From: a virus
Lineage: Duplodnaviria > Caudoviricetes
Direction: 5' to 3' (one strand)
DNA: 33,094 bases
IMG/VR virus record: IMGVR_UViG_3300044252_000049
Location: 1-33,094 of that record
The position numbers and the translations under genes were made by a program. Positions 14,582 through 23,341 of this stretch are shown in pieces (within the stretch, counting starts at the first letter, position 1; every line of letters starts with the position of its first letter). Below the pieces are notes generated by a model. That model saw only the letters and a list, made by a program, of their open reading frames with translations, did not search any database and had not been told where the DNA came from.

Positions 14582-17274
14582 TCGACCCCCTCCGGAGGAG
14601 GCTTGCCCTGAACGGGAGGGGGCTGGTCTTTGAGTGCGTCCGCGTCCTCCTGGGTGGCGGTGACGGTGATGCCGAGACTGGTGATCGAGTTGTCGATGAA
14701 CCCGATCTGGATGTTGTAGGTCCCCGCTGTGGCGTAGACGTGCGTGGCGTATCCGCTGCCGTCCACCGTGAAGGGTGGGTGCTGGATGGGTGATCCGTCA
14801 GCCCAGTCAACGGCTGCGAAGTGCTGGTCCGGGGGGAGCGGGTTGCCCTGCCAGTTGTCCAGCGGTCGTATCGCCATAGTCCCGCCCACGACGATGATCG
14901 CGTTACTCGGGAGCCAACCGACGTAGTAGTAGTAGGTCGCATGGACTACGCCGGAGACGGAGGCCGCGTCCGGGTCGGTGAAGTCCACCAGCCAGTTCTT
15001 CGGCCCGAAGGAGGTGTAGGTGTGAGTGATGCGGCCCAGCACGTCGCGGACGTACGGCGGCGGCTGGACGACACCGGGCTCCCAGAGGATCGAGGCGATC
15101 TCCGCGTCGGTGGCGAGTCCAGGGGTTGGGGCGATCTGCCGGACCAACAGCCCGGCTGAATCCGCGAAGTCCACGACCGGGTACTCGTTCATCTCGGTAG
15201 CCACGTAGGTCGGCGGAGGGTCGATGACCAGCGCCAGGGTGCCGGACTCCTTGCCGTCGAGGAAGAAGGCGTCGGTGTCGAAGTTGCCAGCCGTCGTGTA
15301 GGTGTGGGTGGCAAAGCCGTTGCTGTCGATGGTGAACGGCGGGGTCTCGACCGTGCCGTCGCCCCAGTCAAGGCTGGTGAAGTGCGCCTCCGGTGACAGC
15401 GGAGGCCCGGAGGGGCCGTTCAGCGGGCGCATCCCGAACGTCTCGCCCAGGACGACCGTCTGGTTGTCCGGGTCCCAGTCCAGGCGGTAGTCGATAGCCA
15501 CAACGCAGGTGGCGGTACCGCCCATAGCCCAGAGCGTGTCGAGGGCTACCCCCTCGCTACGCGGCTCGTAACTGATCGACACGGTGCCACCGTCAGCCAC
15601 CTGGTTGGGCTGGATGCGGACTCGCCAGGTGAGTGTCTCCGGGCTGGCGGTGGGCGTCTTGACGGGCAGCACGACATAGACCGTGTTGGTCCCGCCGAAG
15701 GTGGCGTTCAGCGGCGTCCAGGTGGTCCCGCCGTCCTCGGTGATCTCGACGTCCGTGGTGTTGTTGATCCCCGGCACCCCTATGCCGACCCGCGCGTCGA
15801 TGGGGACACCGATGCCGTTGGCGGTGACGTTAGCCTCGAAGGTCACCTCGGTAAAGACGGTGCAGTCGAGGTCGATCACGGACGGCATCTCCGCGACCAC
15901 CGTCGGCGGCGGGGCAAGTTCGACGGTGATCCCGGTCGGCAGGGCGGTGCCGTCGAACGTGGTGGCCAACGAGGTGTAGTTGCCCGCCACGGCGTAGATG
16001 TGGGTTGCGAACCCCTCGCTGTCCAGGACGAACGGGTTGCTGTCGGTCACCCCGTCACCCCAGGCGATGGTGGCGAAGTGCTCGTTGGTCGGAAGCGGTG
16101 CCGATGCGTAGGAGTCCCAGGGGCGGAGGCGAAGCGGCTCGACAGTGGCGACCACGTCACCGTCCAAGGGACGCATGTCTATCGCGTACGAGTACCTCAG
16201 GTTGAAGACCCCACTCGCAGGCGTCACCCGTTCGTTGGTGAAGGTGACCGTCCAGACCTGTTCGCCCTCCGTCATGTAGGTGTGCGTGATGAGAACCTGA
16301 CCCGGACCGGGCCGCGAATACGGAGCGGTGTCCACCGTCCCGTCGCCCCAATCAATGGAGGCGATCTCGTCATCACTGGCCAGGTTGCCCACCGGGGTCA
16401 TTCGCCGAATCTCAAGTCCCGCCAAGCCGCCGATGGACGGCTCCGTCGAGAAGGGTTCCACGCTGTAGGTCGGCACAGGCGGCAGTAGGGCGACGGGGTA
16501 GGCGGTGGTGGTCCGCACCTTCACCATGTCCGGCGTCCACACCGCTGGTGCGGTCTTCAGCGCATACGGGTTGACGCTCTGCACGTACAGGTCGACCTCG
16601 CGGATACCGGTCAGACCGTCCGGGAACGCACCCCGGTTGATGGACATGCTGATGCCCTGCCGGGTGATCTCCGTGACCCCCGAGGGCAGCCGGCACTTGG
16701 CCCCCGAGCACGCCTTGGCGTACTCACAGGCCAGCAGACCCCCCACGTACTCCCCGATCGGGTCGACCGGGACCGCGTTGAGGTAGGTGACCGTGAACGA
16801 GCCCACCTCGTTGGGAGCGGCGGTCATGTCCTGGCAGTCTGGCCAGCACTCGCCGTCCACCCGCAGCAGGTATCGCGCGTCGTCCACCCGGTAGGCGGCA
16901 GGGTCGAGGACCTCGCCGTCGATGGTCACCTCGCTGACCGCACCGACCGGGGTGGGGAGTTCGATCTGGCAGAGCGCACCACAACTGCACTCGTCGCCGC
17001 CACAGTGACAGTTGAACCAGGTGCCGTTCCAGTTCAGCGGGGAGAACGAGGCCGTGCCAGACCAGTAGAACTGTGAGCCGGCATAGCCCGAGCACCGCTG
17101 CCGACAGGGCCGGACGGTGATCGGGCAGCCGCCGATCCGGTGCCCGGTCAGCGTGTGGAGGGTCAGCCCAGCCAGGGCCTGAGCCCGAGCCTGGACCTCC
17201 TCTGGGTAGGAGTCGAACTCGGCGCAACAACCGAGGTCGATCGGCCAGCAGTACAGGCCGTCAGTGGTCGCCAT
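14578..17274 (-). CDS. head-to-tail adaptor (N-terminal about 260 aa) fused to multiple PKD/Ig-like domains, 898 aa
   Basis: CWP...LTG.R.GGCP.TVRPC...CRLP..V..ITRQG...GLTGI.EVD...NP adaptor motifs, then five (D)WGDG-type...THTY repeats. Confidence 0.75.
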   Translation of the reverse strand: MATTDGLYCWPIDLGCCAEFDSYPEEVQARAQALAGLTLHTLTGHRIGGCPITVRPCRQRCSGYAGSQFYWSGTASFSPLNWNGTWFNCHCGGDECSCGALCQIELPTPVGAVSEVTIDGEVLDPAAYRVDDARYLLRVDGECWPDCQDMTAAPNEVGSFTVTYLNAVPVDPIGEYVGGLLACEYAKACSGAKCRLPSGVTEITRQGISMSINRGAFPDGLTGIREVDLYVQSVNPYALKTAPAVWTPDMVKVRTTTAYPVALLPPVPTYSVEPFSTEPSIGGLAGLEIRRMTPVGNLASDDEIASIDWGDGTVDTAPYSRPGPGQVLITHTYMTEGEQVWTVTFTNERVTPASGVFNLRYSYAIDMRPLDGDVVATVEPLRLRPWDSYASAPLPTNEHFATIAWGDGVTDSNPFVLDSEGFATHIYAVAGNYTSLATTFDGTALPTGITVELAPPPTVVAEMPSVIDLDCTVFTEVTFEANVTANGIGVPIDARVGIGVPGINNTTDVEITEDGGTTWTPLNATFGGTNTVYVVLPVKTPTASPETLTWRVRIQPNQVADGGTVSISYEPRSEGVALDTLWAMGGTATCVVAIDYRLDWDPDNQTVVLGETFGMRPLNGPSGPPLSPEAHFTSLDWGDGTVETPPFTIDSNGFATHTYTTAGNFDTDAFFLDGKESGTLALVIDPPPTYVATEMNEYPVVDFADSAGLLVRQIAPTPGLATDAEIASILWEPGVVQPPPYVRDVLGRITHTYTSFGPKNWLVDFTDPDAASVSGVVHATYYYYVGWLPSNAIIVVGGTMAIRPLDNWQGNPLPPDQHFAAVDWADGSPIQHPPFTVDGSGYATHVYATAGTYNIQIGFIDNSITSLGITVTATQEDADALKDQPPPVQGKPPPEGVE

Positions 17275-17290
17275 GCGGACTCCTCATGCC

Positions 17291-17329
17291 GAGGGCGGGC
17301 CGATTACACCGTGTAACCAGCCCGCCCTC
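17291..17329 (-). other. long hairpin containing palindrome copy 8 (17302-17318, GATTACAC C GTGTAACC)
   Basis: GAGGGCGGGC/GCCCGCCCTC 10-bp arms flank the palindrome; lies between the tail tube stop and the adaptor SD. Confidence 0.85.
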
Positions 17330-17337
17330 AGTTTGGA

Positions 17338-18309
17338 CTACTTCTTGGCCTTGGTGTCCTTGTCCTGCGGGGACGCCTTGTCCTGCGTCTTGTCCTGCTC
17401 GGACGCGGTCAGGACCGTGGCCCCAGCCTCGCCTGCAACCCAGGCGGTGCCGTTCCACGATGCGCGGGAGTTGTCGCCAAGGACCATGTACTGACCGACG
17501 GTCCAGGGGGTCGCCGGGCTGGCCGTCACTCCGGTCGTCTCCGCAAGGTTCTGCGGGGCGTAGGAGTCCACCGGGGTCCAGGTACCGGGCTTGCCCGCGT
17601 TCGCACCCGTGGCCTCGACGCCGTTGGAGACGCAGTCACAGGACGGGTCGGGAGGAGCAACGGTCGTGTACTGGACGTGCAGGTGGTCACCGCTGGTGAT
17701 CGGCGTCAGCAGCGGCGAGGACGCCGAGCCGTCGGAGACCACGTCGTAGGGGCCGACGCCCCAGCCGGAACCGGTCTTGGTGGCCGCACCCGTGATGGTG
17801 AACGACACCGCGTCGTTCTCCAAGGTGAAGTCGCCCAGGACACCGCCCTGCAGGAACGGGACCAGGATGTAGCCGTAGGAGCCAGCGGCGCTGGCGTCCT
17901 GCGGGTCGCAGACCACCGAGGGAACGCTGGACCACAGTTCCAGCGCGACACCCGAGTCGCAGGCGGAGATATCCGAGTTCACCCGGAAGCCCACACCCGT
18001 ACCCGTGGAGTCGAACACCGAGCCCTGTCCGGACAGCATCGCGTACAGGTCGGGGTTCACCTCACAGAAGGTGATCTCTACGGAATACCCGGTGAAGGTC
18101 GGGCACGGAGTGTCCCGAATACATACCTTCCCGGATGCGTTGGTGACGGAGATTTCCTCACCAGTGTCGGTGTTCGCCGTGAAGGCGACCGAGATGAAGC
18201 CCTCCGTGACGATCGAGGAGCAGGCTGCCGCCTTCGGACGGCCACAGCCGTCGAGAGCGGTAGCCCGAAGCACCCGGCCACGGACAAGCGAGAAGCACTT
18301 AGATGCCAC
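17338..18309 (-). CDS. major tail (tube) protein, 323 aa
   Basis: CF..VRG..LRAT.LD.CG...G.EI...NASG..C..D...FC.V.P motifs of actinophage tail tubes; C-terminal extension. Confidence 0.85.
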   Translation of the reverse strand: MASKCFSLVRGRVLRATALDGCGRPKAAACSSIVTEGFISVAFTANTDTGEEISVTNASGKVCIRDTPCPTFTGYSVEITFCEVNPDLYAMLSGQGSVFDSTGTGVGFRVNSDISACDSGVALELWSSVPSVVCDPQDASAAGSYGYILVPFLQGGVLGDFTLENDAVSFTITGAATKTGSGWGVGPYDVVSDGSASSPLLTPITSGDHLHVQYTTVAPPDPSCDCVSNGVEATGANAGKPGTWTPVDSYAPQNLAETTGVTASPATPWTVGQYMVLGDNSRASWNGTAWVAGEAGATVLTASEQDKTQDKASPQDKDTKAKK

Positions 18310-18312
18310 GTC

Positions 18313-18564
18313 TTACTCCTTCTTGCGGCGAGACTTAGGCGGCAGTTCACCGTCGGGTTGGCCGGACTTGTCGGACTTTGACTCGTCCTCCTCGCCACCG
18401 CTGGAAGCCCGCTTGACGACCTCAGCCGGGGCGGTGAACCCGCCCCGGCTGTAGTCGACCTGGACGACACGAGCGTGCAATCCGAGTTCTTCGGCGGCAG
18501 CCAGCAGCAACGTTGCGTTATCCGGGGTGACCCCCGCCAGGAAGTCCTGGTCGTTGCCAGACAT
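18313..18564 (-). CDS. hypothetical virion-associated protein, 83 aa
   Basis: Start MSGNDQDF at 18564; lies between the capsid and tail tube genes. Confidence 0.65.
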   Translation of the reverse strand: MSGNDQDFLAGVTPDNATLLLAAAEELGLHARVVQVDYSRGGFTAPAEVVKRASSGGEEDESKSDKSGQPDGELPPKSRRKKE

Positions 18565-18578
18565 GTTCGACCCCGCGA

Positions 18579-20216
18579 TTACGGGAGGACCGTGCCGGTG
18601 AGGCACTCGGTGTTGGACGCAGCACCCGTGATCCCAGCGGAGCACAGGTCGATGGTCGTCTTGTACGCGCTGTAGCACTTCTGCAGCAGCATCACGCCCT
18701 GCTCGTAGAACAGAGCCGTGTAGAGGTTCTGCTTGAGCGAGGCGGCGTCGTAGACGGCATCCAGGCTGATGACCGGGGAGACACCCTTGACGAAGGTGCC
18801 AGCCGGGTAGATCAGCACCTCGACCGTGGCCGGGTAGCCGGTCGCGGTCGCGTCGAGGGCCTGCCAGGACTGAACGAACTGCAGGCTGACGTTGCGAGCC
18901 GCGAAGTACGACGCAATGTCTGCGTCGGTGACGGCGAGCAGGTCGACACCCGTGCGGATCGACAGGTCGGAACGGATCGCGCCGCTGACCCAGGCCGGGA
19001 GGACAACCTCGACGGTGGCCGAGAAGCTGATCCGGTAGTTGCTGCGGGCCACGGTGGCGATGAACTCGACGGTGTCGAGAATGTCGCTGGCCGAGGAGCC
19101 GCGCGTACCGAGTTCGATCGAGGTCGCCAGGGCGAGGGCCTCAGCGAGCAACTTCGCGGTGATCGCGTGCTGGTGAGCGATCATCGCCTCGCGCAGGAAC
19201 GCCGCAACGAGTTCGGGGTAGCCCGCCTCGGTGAGGATCGGGGACGTCAGGCAGATGCCGCACGCCTCAAGCCGCTTCTCCACGAACGGAGGGCACGGGA
19301 CCTCGTAGCAGGTCTTCGGCGTACCGGAGATTGCCTGCGCCTCGGTCTGGCAGAAGGTCGCCTCGTAGAGCGCGGAGAAGTCCGGCCCGGAGGTGTAGCG
19401 CACGCCGCCACGGCTGACCGAAATCTCGGGGAGGTCCCAGAGGCCGTCAGTCGAGCCGCCACCACAGAGGTCGTAGATCGTCTCGGACGGGGCACACCAG
19501 CCACCGGAAGCGGTGAGGCTGTGGCCGGGGAGGCGGGCCTCCTGGCTGGCGTAGGCGACCACGTCAGAGTCGCGCGAACCCGAGGCGATCAGTTCGGTCG
19601 GGAAGTTCATGTTGAACTGGCTGACCGGGTAACGCTGCAGCGGCGAGTTCGGGATACCCCAGGCGGTCGGGAAGGCCCGAGCCTTGTTGAGGAAGCCGTC
19701 GGTCAGGTTGTCCCAGGTCTCCATAACCGAGCCGGCGGAGTAGCCGGGCACGTCGGCGGAGGCCGTGATGACGATGCCTTCGAGGGGCGGCGTCTCGGGC
19801 ATCACCGGGCGGGAGACCCGGCGGGACAGGGTCGCCACGGTTCCAGCGGCCTTGGTGGGCGCGGCCTTGGTGGGGGGCGTGGTCGGGGCGGTTACCGGCT
19901 CCGGGTCGGGGGCTGGGGCGACGTCGTCGTCCTCCTCCGGCTCAACCTCATCCTCCGGCTCGACCGGCTCCGGGGCGTTCTTCTCGCGGAGCGCGGCCAT
20001 ACGGGAGGCGCGGTCAGCGCTGGCGGTAACGCGCCGGGTGGTCTCATTGCTGAGCGAGGCAAGCGCCTCGGCGACCTTCTCGGCCTGCTCGACGTCGCTG
20101 TCGGACGGGTCCTCAAGCGCGAGGAGAGCATCGAGAGCGTCGCGGCCCTCGGTGATCTTCGCGGCGAGGTCCTCCGCCGAGTAGGTAGCGAGGTCGGCAG
20201 CGATGGTGAAATCCAT
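18579..20216 (-). CDS. major capsid protein (hexamer type, with N-terminal scaffold-like coiled coil), 545 aa
   Basis: LTASGGWCAPSETIYDLC and LPEI...RGG motifs as in mycobacteriophage cluster B-like capsid hexamer proteins; SD AGGAG. Confidence 0.88.
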   Translation of the reverse strand: MDFTIAADLATYSAEDLAAKITEGRDALDALLALEDPSDSDVEQAEKVAEALASLSNETTRRVTASADRASRMAALREKNAPEPVEPEDEVEPEEDDDVAPAPDPEPVTAPTTPPTKAAPTKAAGTVATLSRRVSRPVMPETPPLEGIVITASADVPGYSAGSVMETWDNLTDGFLNKARAFPTAWGIPNSPLQRYPVSQFNMNFPTELIASGSRDSDVVAYASQEARLPGHSLTASGGWCAPSETIYDLCGGGSTDGLWDLPEISVSRGGVRYTSGPDFSALYEATFCQTEAQAISGTPKTCYEVPCPPFVEKRLEACGICLTSPILTEAGYPELVAAFLREAMIAHQHAITAKLLAEALALATSIELGTRGSSASDILDTVEFIATVARSNYRISFSATVEVVLPAWVSGAIRSDLSIRTGVDLLAVTDADIASYFAARNVSLQFVQSWQALDATATGYPATVEVLIYPAGTFVKGVSPVISLDAVYDAASLKQNLYTALFYEQGVMLLQKCYSAYKTTIDLCSAGITGAASNTECLTGTVLP

Positions 20217-20224
20217 TGCTATCT

Positions 20225-20295
20225 CCTGTGGAACGGGATGATGGGAAGCGCACGACTAGGCGGTACGTCATCACCGCAGAACTAGGTTCCACAGG
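20225..20295 (-). ncRNA. candidate structured 5' leader of the capsid gene
   Basis: 10-bp perfect stem CCUGUGGAAC/GUUCCACAGG encloses an inner CUAG..GCGGU/ACCGC-CUAG stem; the 3' arm overlaps the SD. Confidence 0.45.
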
Positions 20296-20318
20296 CGGCT
20301 CTGTTCGGAGGGTACAGC

Positions 20319-20353
20319 GAAGCCCCCGGTCTCGGGAATAGACCGGGGGCTTC
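20319..20353. terminator. 14-bp perfect inverted repeat (terminator-like hairpin)
   Basis: GAAGCCCCCGGTCT-cgggaat-AGACCGGGGGCTTC; weak T tract on + only. Confidence 0.6.
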
Positions 20354-20429
20354 TTGCCGTCAACGGTGATCAGGGGGGCGACTCTGCGAGAGGGGGGTGC
20401 AAGAGTCTTCACCGTCCGGCGCTAAGGGT

Positions 20430-20446
20430 GGTTACACCGTGTAATC
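20430..20446. promoter_or_regulatory. palindrome copy 9 (GGTTACAC C GTGTAATC)
   Basis: Perfect core; overlaps the TGA of 20445..20606. Confidence 0.9.
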
Positions 20447-20606
20447 AGCGGTCTTCCGGCTTGTTGTGTCCCGGTGCGTCCTCGCTCTTGCCCGGCCCGT
20501 TCGGGTCATGACCTGGTGCGGTCCCGCTCTTACCCGGCTCCTCGGGGAGGTCCTGGTTCGGCTCGGGCTGCTCGACGGGGAGGTCCTGGTTCGGCTGGTT
20601 GGTCAT
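20445..20606 (-). CDS. small Pro-rich repeat protein, 53 aa
   Basis: SD AGAAAGG; MTNQPNQDLPVEQPEPNQDLPEEPGKSGTAPGHDPNGPGKSEDAPGHNKPEDR. Confidence 0.6.
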   Translation of the reverse strand: MTNQPNQDLPVEQPEPNQDLPEEPGKSGTAPGHDPNGPGKSEDAPGHNKPEDR

Positions 20607-20628
20607 CTCGTGCCTTTCTCTAGGTGGA

Positions 20629-20793
20629 TCAGGCGGCGGCCTTGGTTCTGGTTTCGATCCGACCCCCGCCGCCACCCCGAATCTGGGCCGCACGGGCCTC
20701 GATCTCGGTCTTGAAGGTGTGCTGCGTCCCCTTGTCCGAGACGTAGACGTAGGTGTTGTTCTTGTCCTTGTTGCCCTGGCATCCGCAGGCCAT
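20629..20793 (-). CDS. small MACGC-start protein, 54 aa (not in ORF track)
   Basis: MACGCQGNKDKNNTYVYVSDKGTQHTFKTEIEARAAQIRGGGGGRIETRTKAAA*; starts 4 nt after the protease stop. Confidence 0.7.
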   Translation of the reverse strand: MACGCQGNKDKNNTYVYVSDKGTQHTFKTEIEARAAQIRGGGGGRIETRTKAAA

Positions 20794-20797
20794 ACCC

Positions 20798-23341
20798 TCA
20801 GTCTCCTCTCACGGTGGCCGCCAGTTCGGCCATACGGCTTTTCGGGTCACGCCCGGTCTGCTTGGCCAACGCTGCCATGCGGCGACGCCGGTTGCGCGCT
20901 TCGATCTCGTCCACGGCGGCCATGACCGCAGCGGACAGGTCGACCGACTCGGAGGTGCGGTGCACGATGCCTGCCGCCACCAGCGAGGTCTGCTCGCCAC
21001 CGGAGGCCGCCAGCATGGTGCGCGGGATCGGGAAGCCGCCCACGTTGACCGACAGCGCGGCCACCATTTCCAGGTTGCCGGCGATCCCCCGCCAGTCCCC
21101 ACTCAGGGGGGCGGCGGCGAGGGCATACCGGTCCTCATCGGAGAGGCGATCCCGTACACGTCCGCTGATCCAGATGCCGTGCGCGTCCTCACCCGCGACA
21201 ACATCCGCAGCGGCCGTCCCGGTGTTGTCGTAGTGCGCCGCCGTCGCGGCAGCCGACAAACGTGGACCGGCATGACCCGTGCCGAGGGTGACGTGGCCTA
21301 CCGCAATGTCTCCCTCGTCCGTGTGCACCGCGCCCATGTGGAAGTAGGCGTAGTTGCTGGCGCTGTGGGGAGGCGTGACGCAGGTGCCCTTGATCCCGAT
21401 GTGGCAGGTCCCCCAGGTGGCGACGTGCCCGAAGATGCGTCCGTTGTCGGTGATGGTCACCGGGGTCGGCGCGGTCAGTTCGGGGTTGTCGAAGTAGCGG
21501 GCCGAGACCACCGGCACCGCTGAGGCAACCAGGTGGATCGACTCGTCGGTGTGCTTACCGACCCGCTCCAACGGTGCCTTGCCGGGCCAAAAGCCGGTGG
21601 CGTCGTAGTGCCGGTTCGCGCAGTAGCCGTTGAGGTACTGCGCCTTGACGTACTTCGAGAGTTGGCGACGGCAACGGTTGAAGTCGCCGGGGGTGCCCCA
21701 GCGAATCTTGGCCGCACCCTTGCCCTTGGTCCAGTAGGTGCGCAGCCGCTCGGTGTCGACCGGGTGGGTGAGCCAGCCCGGACCGTCCTCGGTCTTGACG
21801 AACTCCTCGACCTCACCGGACGCCTTGATGCTGTCCGGCGGGTCTTCCTTCAGTTCGGAGTACGCCGATCGGAGAGCGGCCTTGGCGCTGCTGATCTTCT
21901 CCGGTGGGGCGTCGGTCTGACCAAGCCGGCTCGTGGCAGCGTGGACGCCGGCACGGGACAACTGCCCGGACGGGGTGAGGATCGGCAGTTTGTTGTTCGA
22001 CTTCAGCAACTTGTCCGGCCCGCTGGTGACCAGGTGGATGATCGTCGCCTTGTAGTACTGCTCGTCGGTGTAGTTGCTGGCCGCACCGTCCCAGGGCTCC
22101 TCGGAGACGAACGCCTCGCACTCGCAGCCGGAGGCAGCCAACGCCTGACCGGCCTCGGGCCACGAGCCGATGGAGACGAACGCCTCGGCGAACGCCGGGA
22201 TCGCGCAGAGGGTGGCACCGCAGATACGCCCGGAGGTGAAGTTCATGACGGTGTTGTCATCGAAGTCCGCCGCCTCGACCGGGTTCCCGTCGGGGTCCTG
22301 CATCTGCAGGGTGGCGTCGTCCACGTCCACGGAGACGCCCCGGATGCCTCCGTCGGCCAGCATCCCGACCGCCTCGTCGGCGTCGACGGTGGACAGGAAG
22401 ACGCCACTGGCCTTGACCAGCCCGTCTTCCTTCCAGATTTCGTCAATGCGCCCGACCACGGTCGCACCGTCATGTCCGGCAGCGGTGGTCTTCTGGTAGG
22501 CCAGCGGCAGGGGGAGGTCACGCCAGCGCAGCGCATCTGCACCGAACATGCGCTTGTCGCCGGAGGGGATGTTCTCCGGGGCCAGCACCCCGAACCAGGG
22601 CACCGAGGTGTCGTCCTGGTCCTCGACGCCGTCGAAGTCGTCCTCCTCGAAGTCGTCCAGTTCGTTGTCCGATGACACGGTGTAACCGAACACTTCGTCG
22701 GCTGCCTCACCGGTCAGGTCCACGACTTCGGCGTTGACAATGTCGTCAATGATGCTCGCGGTCACGGTGCTCTCCTTCGTCAGCGCGATGACGCACCGGC
22801 AGTTGATCCACAGTTCGATGGGAACCGAGGTGTCGCCGGGGTACTCCATCCGGTGTCCACCGACGGAGAACTTCTTCCCCACCGGCACGGTCTGTCCATC
22901 AGCGTCCGCGTGCTCGTGGCGCACCCGGTCGTCGTGCATCGTGACCCACTTCTTGAAGTGAATCTCGTCCTGGTCGATCCCGGCCGCCGAGTACCCGGCG
23001 TTGATCGCCGCGTTGGAGACGGAGGCAGCGATCCGCTCGGCCCGCATCGGAATCTCGTCCTCGGGCGGCTCGTGGGTCTTACCCAAGGTCTTCTCTAGTT
23101 GGTCCCGGAAGTCCTTGATGTAGTCGCGCAGGTCTTGGCTGGTCAACTTCCCGGACTCGGCCCGGTACCGGCGGCGCAGCAGGCGTTCGGCGGCGTTGAT
23201 GAGGCCGTCGGCCCAGTCCTCATCTCCGCGCATCCGCTTGAACAGGGCACGTTTGACGGAGCCGTACAGCGCGTTCTTGGCCCGAGCCTGGATGGGCCGT
23301 CGGGACTTGGCGAAGGCGGCGGTGTCGGTGACCGGGATCAT
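20798..23341 (-). CDS. MuF-like head morphogenesis plus capsid maturation protease fusion
   Basis: KKWVT..DDRVR..H...YPGD...INCRC (MuF), then GVLAPE...GD.R.F...PLPL...GH.GA..VG.I (protease-like). The start at 23341 gives an ATGA overlap with the portal gene. Confidence 0.8.
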   Translation of the reverse strand: MIPVTDTAAFAKSRRPIQARAKNALYGSVKRALFKRMRGDEDWADGLINAAERLLRRRYRAESGKLTSQDLRDYIKDFRDQLEKTLGKTHEPPEDEIPMRAERIAASVSNAAINAGYSAAGIDQDEIHFKKWVTMHDDRVRHEHADADGQTVPVGKKFSVGGHRMEYPGDTSVPIELWINCRCVIALTKESTVTASIIDDIVNAEVVDLTGEAADEVFGYTVSSDNELDDFEEDDFDGVEDQDDTSVPWFGVLAPENIPSGDKRMFGADALRWRDLPLPLAYQKTTAAGHDGATVVGRIDEIWKEDGLVKASGVFLSTVDADEAVGMLADGGIRGVSVDVDDATLQMQDPDGNPVEAADFDDNTVMNFTSGRICGATLCAIPAFAEAFVSIGSWPEAGQALAASGCECEAFVSEEPWDGAASNYTDEQYYKATIIHLVTSGPDKLLKSNNKLPILTPSGQLSRAGVHAATSRLGQTDAPPEKISSAKAALRSAYSELKEDPPDSIKASGEVEEFVKTEDGPGWLTHPVDTERLRTYWTKGKGAAKIRWGTPGDFNRCRRQLSKYVKAQYLNGYCANRHYDATGFWPGKAPLERVGKHTDESIHLVASAVPVVSARYFDNPELTAPTPVTITDNGRIFGHVATWGTCHIGIKGTCVTPPHSASNYAYFHMGAVHTDEGDIAVGHVTLGTGHAGPRLSAAATAAHYDNTGTAAADVVAGEDAHGIWISGRVRDRLSDEDRYALAAAPLSGDWRGIAGNLEMVAALSVNVGGFPIPRTMLAASGGEQTSLVAAGIVHRTSESVDLSAAVMAAVDEIEARNRRRRMAALAKQTGRDPKSRMAELAATVRGD
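22671..22687. promoter_or_regulatory. intragenic palindrome copy 10 (GATGACAC G GTGTAACC, 1 mismatch)
   Basis: Lies in the acidic linker between the MuF and protease domains. Confidence 0.65.
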
